Below are positions 59,394 to 64,000 of a DNA stretch of 64,000 bases, piece after piece. The position numbers and the translations under genes are program-made. Numbering within the stretch: position 1 is the first letter of the stretch; each line of letters starts with the position of its first letter. The notes beneath the pieces are model-generated. The model made no database searches. It was not told the DNA's origin and saw only the letters and a list, made by a program, of their open reading frames with translations. The DNA lies in assembly GCA_964389925.1 (NCBI GenBank), contig CAYMGE010000002.1:47729-111728 (forward strand), read 5' to 3'. The DNA comes from an uncultured Ardenticatenaceae bacterium (GTDB lineage: Bacteria; Chloroflexota; Anaerolineae; Promineifilales; Promineifilaceae).

Positions 59394-60984
59394 AGATGCA
59401 GCAAACGGTGTTCAAGACAAAACGAAAATCAATGGATTTGGCGGTGGTACGCACTGCCCAACGCCAGCGAGTAAGCTAGCCGACCTACGCAACCAAGCGC
59501 AGCAAGCGGGTAGTGCGCGTGTCGCAGAACGTCGTCAGGCGCAGGGCAAACTCAACGCCCGTGAGCGCATCGATATGCTGCTCGATCCCGGTTCATTTCA
59601 AGAACTTGACACCTTTATGCGCCACCGTGAGCGCAACTTTGGGATGGACAAAAAACGTCCCGTTGGCGACAGCGTGATTACAGGTTGGGGAACGATTGCG
59701 GGGCGACTCGTCTACGTTTACAGCCAAGATTTCACGACGTTTGGCGGCAGCGTCAGCCGTGTTCATGCGGATAAAATTTGCAAAGTGATGGATCTCGCGC
59801 TGGAGAACGGCGCACCGATTATCGGCATCAACGATAGTGGTGGCGCACGGATTCAGGAAGGCGTTGTTGGGCTAGGTGGCTATGGGGATATTTTCCTCCG
59901 CAACGTCAAAGCATCGGGCGTGATCCCGCAAATCAGTCTCATCATGGGGCCGTGTGCAGGTGGTGCTGTTTACTCACCAGCCCTGACCGATTTTATCGTG
60001 ATGGTTGAAGAGACGAGCCACATGTTCGTGACGGGGCCGGACGTAGTTGAAGCGGTGACGGGTGAAAAATGTACATTTGAGGAGCTAGGCGGGGCGCAGA
60101 CACATGCCAAAGAGAGCGGTGTCGCCCATGTGACGGCGAGCAATGAGTTTGAAGCGATTATGAAGGTGCGTGATCTGTTGGCGTATTTGCCCAACAACAA
60201 CACCGAACATGCAGCGACCGCTTATGAGATTGATCGGCCGAATACCACCACCCTCGACAACATCATCCCAGACAACCCCAACAAACCGTATGACATCAAA
60301 GACGTAATCACGGGCTTGGTCGATGTCGATTCTTTCTACGAAATTCACGCTGACTACGCCGAAAATATCGTCGTTGGCTTGGCGCGACTGAATGGCGAAA
60401 CGGTTGGCATTGTAGCAAATCAACCGCTGGTTTTAGCAGGCGTTTTGGACATTAACTCTAGCCGCAAAGGGGCGCGATTTGTGCGCTTCTGCGATGCGTT
60501 CAACATTCCGCTCGTCGTGCTAGAGGATGTGCCGGGCTTTATGCCGGGTATGGATCAGGAGCATAACGGCATTATCCGTGAAGGAGCCAAGCTGCTCTAT
60601 GCGTTCTGTGAGGCGACTGTGCCGAAAATCACCGTTGTGACGCGCAAAGCATACGGTGGCGCGTACCTGACGATGAACTCAAAGCATATTGGGGCCGACT
60701 TGTGCTTTGGATGGTGTTCGGCCGAGATCGCCGTCATGGGTCCCGATGGCGCGGTCAAAATTCTGTTCCGTCGTGAAATTGCGGAAGACCCATCTCAAAA
60801 ACCACTTTTGATTGAGGAGTACAAGCGTATGTTTGCCCATCCTTATGTGGCGGCCGAACATGGCTATTTAGATGACGTGATCGAGCCAAGCGAGACACGG
60901 GAAAAGGTTATGCTTGGGTTGCAAATGCTCCAAAACAAGCGCAAGCAAACACCGCCAAAGAAACACGGGAATATGCCGCTTTAG
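59380..60984 (+). CDS. Acyl-CoA carboxylase carboxyltransferase (beta) subunit, copy 2
   Basis: Start set at the ATGATG at 59380 (MMKIRDAANG), overlapping the upstream stop by 14 nt. Same blocks as copy 1, identical C-terminus PKKHGNMPL. Confidence 0.9.
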   Translation: MMKIRDAANGVQDKTKINGFGGGTHCPTPASKLADLRNQAQQAGSARVAERRQAQGKLNARERIDMLLDPGSFQELDTFMRHRERNFGMDKKRPVGDSVITGWGTIAGRLVYVYSQDFTTFGGSVSRVHADKICKVMDLALENGAPIIGINDSGGARIQEGVVGLGGYGDIFLRNVKASGVIPQISLIMGPCAGGAVYSPALTDFIVMVEETSHMFVTGPDVVEAVTGEKCTFEELGGAQTHAKESGVAHVTASNEFEAIMKVRDLLAYLPNNNTEHAATAYEIDRPNTTTLDNIIPDNPNKPYDIKDVITGLVDVDSFYEIHADYAENIVVGLARLNGETVGIVANQPLVLAGVLDINSSRKGARFVRFCDAFNIPLVVLEDVPGFMPGMDQEHNGIIREGAKLLYAFCEATVPKITVVTRKAYGGAYLTMNSKHIGADLCFGWCSAEIAVMGPDGAVKILFRREIAEDPSQKPLLIEEYKRMFAHPYVAAEHGYLDDVIEPSETREKVMLGLQMLQNKRKQTPPKKHGNMPL

Positions 60985-61023
60985 GCTCACCATAAATTTT
61001 AGACCGACCGACTGCAAAAGAAG

Positions 61024-61056
61024 ACGGCCTGCATCTGAGGATGTAGGCCGTTTTGT
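61024..61056 (+). terminator. Rho-independent terminator after the carboxyltransferase gene
   Basis: ACGGCCTGCAT / ATGTAGGCCGT stem (11 bp, one G-U), 6-nt loop, then TTTTGT. Confidence 0.65.
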
Positions 61057-61085
61057 ATCTTCGCGGCAACTGTGCGTACCTACCG

Positions 61086-61134
61086 TCTGCTACCTTAAAC
61101 GTGTGCAAAAGTGTGCAACACGCTATAAGTACCT
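61086..61134. repeat. 49-bp intergenic repeat, copy B
   Basis: TCTGCTACCTTAAACGTGTGCAAAAGTGTGCAACACGCTATAAGTACCT. 48/49 identical to 20118-20166. Confidence 0.85.
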
Positions 61135-61308
61135 CTGTCAACCCCTTTTTACAATCAGCTTGATCGCTCAGATGGTTGTGACGGATGTATTTCGGGGTAG
61201 AATTCGGTGGAAGTAAGAATAAGTTTTTGAAACAGTAGTAAGCGGCTTGCGGTGTCCGCTCGACCAGAGGTCAGCACCGAGTCCCGTTCACTGACTAGAT
61301 ATATAGCG

Positions 61309-61656
61309 ATGCTTACCCCAACGGAACTACGAGAACAGTGCTTGCGCCAAAAAGGGGCGTATGAAGATTTTCCATTTGGCTCTGATGTTGCGGTTTATAA
61401 GGTGATGGGCAAGATGTTTGCGCTCATCTCGGACAACGGCATCTCGCTCAAGTGTGAGCCGCTACTCGCTCAACTGCTGCGCGAAAAATACGCGGCTGTT
61501 ACCGCGGGCTATCATCTCAACAAACGCCACTGGAACTCAATTGAAATTGACGGCTCGGTTCCCAATGATGAGCTAATTGAGTTAATCGAGCATTCTTACG
61601 CACTCGTTGTCAAAAAGCTACGCAAAGCAGATCGAGAAAAATTACATTGCAAATAA
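61309..61656 (+). CDS. MmcQ/YjbR-family protein
   Basis: Start set at the ATG at 61309 (MLTPTELREQ). FPFGSDVAVYKVMGKMFALI and HLNKRHWNSI blocks typical of YjbR. Confidence 0.75.
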   Translation: MLTPTELREQCLRQKGAYEDFPFGSDVAVYKVMGKMFALISDNGISLKCEPLLAQLLREKYAAVTAGYHLNKRHWNSIEIDGSVPNDELIELIEHSYALVVKKLRKADREKLHCK

Positions 61657-61685
61657 CCTTTGGCCTCAAATAGAAAAATTTCATC

Positions 61686-62426
61686 ATGAACGGACAAACC
61701 ACACTAATCACAGGCGGCGGCGGCGGCATTGGCAGCGCGATTGCACGACGGCTGGCAGAGGCCGGATCACAAGTCGTCATCACCTACAATAGTAATGCAG
61801 AAAAGGCACAGCGTGCGCTCGACAGCTTGGCGGGTGATGGGCATTGGGCAGTACAAGCGTCGGTGAAAGACAGCCAGCGTATGCAAGCGTTGGCGGCCGA
61901 GATTGCAGAAAGGTACGGCCGACTCGATTTGGTCGTCAACAATGCGGGGGTGACAATACCTGTTCCACATGACGATCTCGACGGACTGGAAGACGATTGG
62001 ATCGACCACATTTTTCAAACCAACTGGCGCGGTTCATTTGCGACGACGCGAGCCTGCAAATCGCTTTTGATGGCGGGAGACGGCGGCACAATTGTCAACA
62101 TCTCCTCAATTGCGGGGCAGACGGGCGTTGGCAGCAATGTCGCTTACTGTGCATCAAAGGCTGCAATGGACTCGATGACGCGCTCGTTGGCGCGTGCGCT
62201 GGCTCCCAAAGTGCGCGTGGTAAGCGTCTCACCGGGCTGGGTGCTGGGAGAGTATGCCAAACGATTTCCGCAGGCGTACATCGACGAGCAAGCAAACGCC
62301 ACACCGCTCAAACGGTTGGCAACCCCTGAAGATGTCGCCGAAACGGTTTGGGCTGTTCACAATGCGCTGCCGATGGCGACAGGCGTGATCGTGCCGGTTG
62401 ATGGCGGTCGGCCGCTTGGCATCTAA
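61686..62426 (+). CDS. Short-chain dehydrogenase/reductase (FabG-like)
   Basis: 246 aa. TGGGGGIGSAIA, NNAG, YCASKAA catalytic YxxxK. Confidence 0.9.
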   Translation: MNGQTTLITGGGGGIGSAIARRLAEAGSQVVITYNSNAEKAQRALDSLAGDGHWAVQASVKDSQRMQALAAEIAERYGRLDLVVNNAGVTIPVPHDDLDGLEDDWIDHIFQTNWRGSFATTRACKSLLMAGDGGTIVNISSIAGQTGVGSNVAYCASKAAMDSMTRSLARALAPKVRVVSVSPGWVLGEYAKRFPQAYIDEQANATPLKRLATPEDVAETVWAVHNALPMATGVIVPVDGGRPLGI

Positions 62427-62445
62427 AACGATAAACCACACAACT

Positions 62446-62898
62446 ATGTTTACGTCAACTGTGCAACCCGACTGGATCGACCACAATGGTCACATGAATG
62501 TCGCCTACTACGTGCTGGCATTTGACTTGGCAACGGATGAGATGTATGAATGTTGGGGGCTGGGGCTTGATTATCCTGAGCGTGGCTATTCCGTCTATAC
62601 ATTGGGCATGAACGTCGATTATCGGGCAGAGATGTTGGCGGGAGAGCCGTTTCGTGTCGAGTCTGCTCTGATTGATTTTGATCACAAGCGCGTCCACTAT
62701 TTTCACACGATGTATCGCGGTGAGACGCAGGAAGTTGTGGCAACAAACGAATGTTTGGCGATGAACGTCAATTTAGCAACGCGGCGCTCGGCCGATTTTC
62801 CCCCAGACATCCAAGCAAAACTTGCCTCCATCAAATCAGATAACGTGCCAAGGAGCTTCGGCCGAAAATTACAAATCAGGAGAAAAGATGTCGCTTAA
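62446..62898 (+). CDS. Hotdog-fold (4HBT/YbgC-like) acyl-CoA thioesterase
   Basis: Start set at the ATG at 62446 (MFTSTVQPDWIDHNGHMNVAYY). Size of about 150 aa and the N-terminal D-x-N-x-H-(V/M)-N block are typical of 4HBT thioesterases. Confidence 0.75.
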   Translation: MFTSTVQPDWIDHNGHMNVAYYVLAFDLATDEMYECWGLGLDYPERGYSVYTLGMNVDYRAEMLAGEPFRVESALIDFDHKRVHYFHTMYRGETQEVVATNECLAMNVNLATRRSADFPPDIQAKLASIKSDNVPRSFGRKLQIRRKDVA

Positions 62899-63787
62899 TG
62901 TCGAGATACGCGAACCAAGTTTTAGAGACGTTGTGGAAATTGAACACGATCTCGAACAGCTCGCTACGGGCTTTGATTTCACCGAAGGCCCCATCTGGCA
63001 TCCAGCTTATCAAAGCGTGCTGTTCAGTGACATTATGGGCAACTCGCTGTTTAGCTGGTCGGCCGATGCTGGCATCGTCAAACGCAATCGTCACAGCTAC
63101 ATGGCGAATGGCAATGCCTACGATTTGCAGGGTCGCCTCATTACTTGCGAACATGCCACTAGCCGTTTGACGCGCACCGACCTCACAACAGGAACGTATG
63201 AGGTTCTCGCCTCTCACTTCGAGGGTAAACAGTTAAACAGCCCAAACGATGTCGTTGTGAAGTCAGATAGCACGATCTATTTCACTGATCCAACTAGCGG
63301 CCGAAGTGCCGGATTTGGCGTGCCACGTGAGCCTGAGCTGTCCTTTCGCGGCGTTTATCGGCTCAACCCGGAAAATGGTGCGCTAATGTTGCTGGTCGAT
63401 GATTTTTCAAAGCCAAATGGACTGTGTTTCTCACGTGATGAAAACCAGCTATTTGTCAATGATACGGACAGACTGCACATTCGCGTATTTGATGTTTTGG
63501 AAGACGGCACATTAGCAAATGGTCGCGTTTGGGCTGAGACGATTGGGACAGGCAAAGGTGTTCCCGACGGCATGAAGATCGACACGCAGGACAATATCTA
63601 CTGCTGTGGGCCGGGCGGCATTTACGTGTTCGATGCAAACGCCGTTTGTCTAGGCGTAATTCTCATGCCTGAGCAGACAGCCAACTTTGTGTTTGGGAAC
63701 GCTGATTTTCGCAGTCTATACGTTACGGCCTCAACCTCACTCTATCGTCTGCGCGTCCGTATTGCGGGACATCCGACATTTTTGTAA
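62888..63787 (+). CDS. SMP-30 / gluconolactonase / LRE-like beta-propeller protein
   Basis: Start set at the ATG at 62888 (AGGAGAAAAG upstream). EGPIWHP, NSPNDVVV, PNGLCFS, PDGMKID blocks. Confidence 0.85.
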   Translation: MSLNVEIREPSFRDVVEIEHDLEQLATGFDFTEGPIWHPAYQSVLFSDIMGNSLFSWSADAGIVKRNRHSYMANGNAYDLQGRLITCEHATSRLTRTDLTTGTYEVLASHFEGKQLNSPNDVVVKSDSTIYFTDPTSGRSAGFGVPREPELSFRGVYRLNPENGALMLLVDDFSKPNGLCFSRDENQLFVNDTDRLHIRVFDVLEDGTLANGRVWAETIGTGKGVPDGMKIDTQDNIYCCGPGGIYVFDANAVCLGVILMPEQTANFVFGNADFRSLYVTASTSLYRLRVRIAGHPTFL

Positions 63788-64000
63788 TTCGGACTATGCA
63801 GAAATTGTGAAGACTGCATTTAGCAATCGTTTAACTCAGCTTGTGGTGTATCTCATTGACAAAAGCTAAAACAAGGGGAGAATATATGCTGTGTTCAAAA
63901 GAGCATATTTTTTGTAATCGTCTTGCATACCTATGCAAGCATAAAATGAGACATATTTATGAAACATCCGCACATATCAAACGAAGAGATGTTGAGTCGC

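Noticed and set aside
50896-62898. Calling the plus-strand PKS genes an enediyne (PKSE) cassette
   Set aside because: The domain set resembles PKSE and a hotdog thioesterase is nearby. However, the domains are split over two proteins with an extra KS, and none of the conserved enediyne accessory genes (E3/E4/E5-type) is evident in the window.
63887-64000. Possible gene start (AAGGGGAG-N5-ATG at 63887) running off the window end
   Set aside because: Only 38 codons are visible, the stretch is AT-rich with an internal palindrome (CTTGCATACCTATGCAAG), and there is no recognisable motif. Too little evidence to call.

Overview
Gene-dense bacterial chromosomal window of 64 kb with mid GC and about 45 protein genes. 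I saw no rRNA, tRNA, CRISPR array, transposase or integrase. Pro/Thr-rich linkers, several eukaryotic-type Ser/Thr kinases and a PUFA/heterocyst-glycolipid-like PKS suggest a filamentous Chloroflexota-like organism, but that is only a guess. Left to right: a degenerate PBP-like gene, DinB, hemolysin-III, a lipoprotein, trpC, a minus-strand operon of three Ser/Thr kinases plus an S8 protease, a hybrid histidine kinase, katG, Fe-ADH, an amidohydrolase, a GH-like secreted protein and an acyl-CoA synthetase. Next comes the minus-strand operon I consider most interesting. It starts with two tandem, independently translated, identical 21-codon genes (MYVKPEIQKHEELSQVTFSSH; all 5 nucleotide differences are synonymous) bracketed by a perfect 19-bp inverted repeat. 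These are followed by an NTP_transf_5-type nucleotidyltransferase, a polytopic His-rich membrane protein and a TRAM/m5U-methyltransferase homologue that lacks its catalytic Cys/Glu. This cassette sits where trmD-rplS would normally follow ffh-rpsP-KH-rimM. After it come ABC-F, rlmI, tlyA and a K+ channel, then a PKS island of about 20 kb. The island holds a KS-AT-DH-KR-ACP-C megasynthase, KS-AT-KR and KS-ACP-DH-PPTase-like proteins and a stand-alone thioester reductase, and is bracketed by two inverted paralogous acyl-CoA carboxyltransferase genes. YjbR, SDR, thioesterase and SMP-30 genes follow. Sequence-level oddities: the palindromic octamer TCGGCCGA occurs about 75 times by hand count (about 1 expected), heptamer-based repeat families form intergenic hairpins, and a 49-bp intergenic repeat occurs at two loci.
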